Made by a program: the position numbers and the translations under genes. From Takakia lepidozioides (taxonomy: Eukaryota > Plantae > Bryophyta), in the NCBI GenBank assembly GCA_030704615.1, contig CM060734.1, positions 21,762,001 through 21,826,000 on the forward strand: a DNA stretch of 64,000 nucleotides. Reading direction: 5' to 3'. The notes beneath the pieces are model-generated. The model saw only the letters and a program-made list of their open reading frames with translations, ran no database searches and was not told the DNA's origin. Below, one piece after another: positions 63,807 through 64,000 of the stretch (position 1 is the first letter of the stretch; each line of letters starts with the position of its first letter).

Positions 63807-64000
63807 AATGACATGGTGGGCTGGAACAGTGTGCGTTGACGCACACTGTTTGAGCTGCCAGGTAAGTCTGCATTGAACCTCGAATACATGCCCTATGTGG
63901 CCGATTTTCACATGATAAAAACAATGACAAGTTGGGCTCAAACAGTGTGCGTTGACGCACACTGTTTGAGCTGCCACGTAAGTGTGCATTGAAGCTCAAA
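62400..64000. repeat. Tandem array (~115-116 bp unit, at least 13 copies) each carrying the 34-bp palindrome CTCAAACAGTGTGCGT-TG-ACGCACACTGTTTGAG
   Basis: Perfect copies at 63335 and 63937; variant copies from ~62456 onward. Confidence 0.95.

Larger units (their letters stand above)
59432..64000. mobile_element. Sister Mutator-like element (diverged subfamily), continuing beyond the window
   Basis: Terminus AACG... with GTGAGCC repeats and GCCACGTCAGCAT...CCTAT..CCGCGG..CCTAT.ACCGCGG, similar to the TIR at 33190-33250; contains a ParB gene homologue. Confidence 0.85.

Noticed and set aside
62400-64000. Centromeric or host satellite
   Set aside because: Lies immediately upstream of the ParB exon-2 homologue acceptor and shares the core with the other element's intronic palindromes; kept as element-internal, though not fully excluded

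Overview
Plant nuclear DNA (land-plant-type gene structures; lineage not determinable from sequence alone), mostly nested transposons around two intact multi-exon host genes on the minus strand: mitochondrial-type nucleoside diphosphate kinase (NDPK3-like, 17707-21052) and a KUP/HAK/KT potassium transporter (21800-27822). A young chromodomain-bearing Ty3/gypsy LTR element (32702-50789, TSD GAGAG) has an 11.3-kb Mutator-like DNA transposon inserted in its 5' LTR. The best candidate for an undescribed system is this MULE. Besides a GCM/WRKY-like + DDE + SWIM transposase, it carries a divergently oriented spliced gene encoding a ParB/Srx-like domain (DGNHRL) fused to a beta-class amino-DNA-methyltransferase-like domain. 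That gene's introns hold regularly spaced palindromes (TGAATGT-CGTTGACG-ACATTCA). A diverged sister element (59432 to window end) has the ParB gene and, in the equivalent intron, a ~116-bp tandem array whose palindrome has different arms but the same CGTTGACG core. This suggests a parS-like or anti-silencing protein/site pair coevolving inside a eukaryotic transposon (inference). The sister element interrupts a second oddity: a retroelement polyprotein reading Gag-zinc knuckle-protease-DNMT3-like C5 cytosine methyltransferase. Also present: LINE 3' fragments with TSDs, a MITE-like element, a putative solo LTR, captured DEAD-box helicase fragments and an orphan zinc-finger gene.
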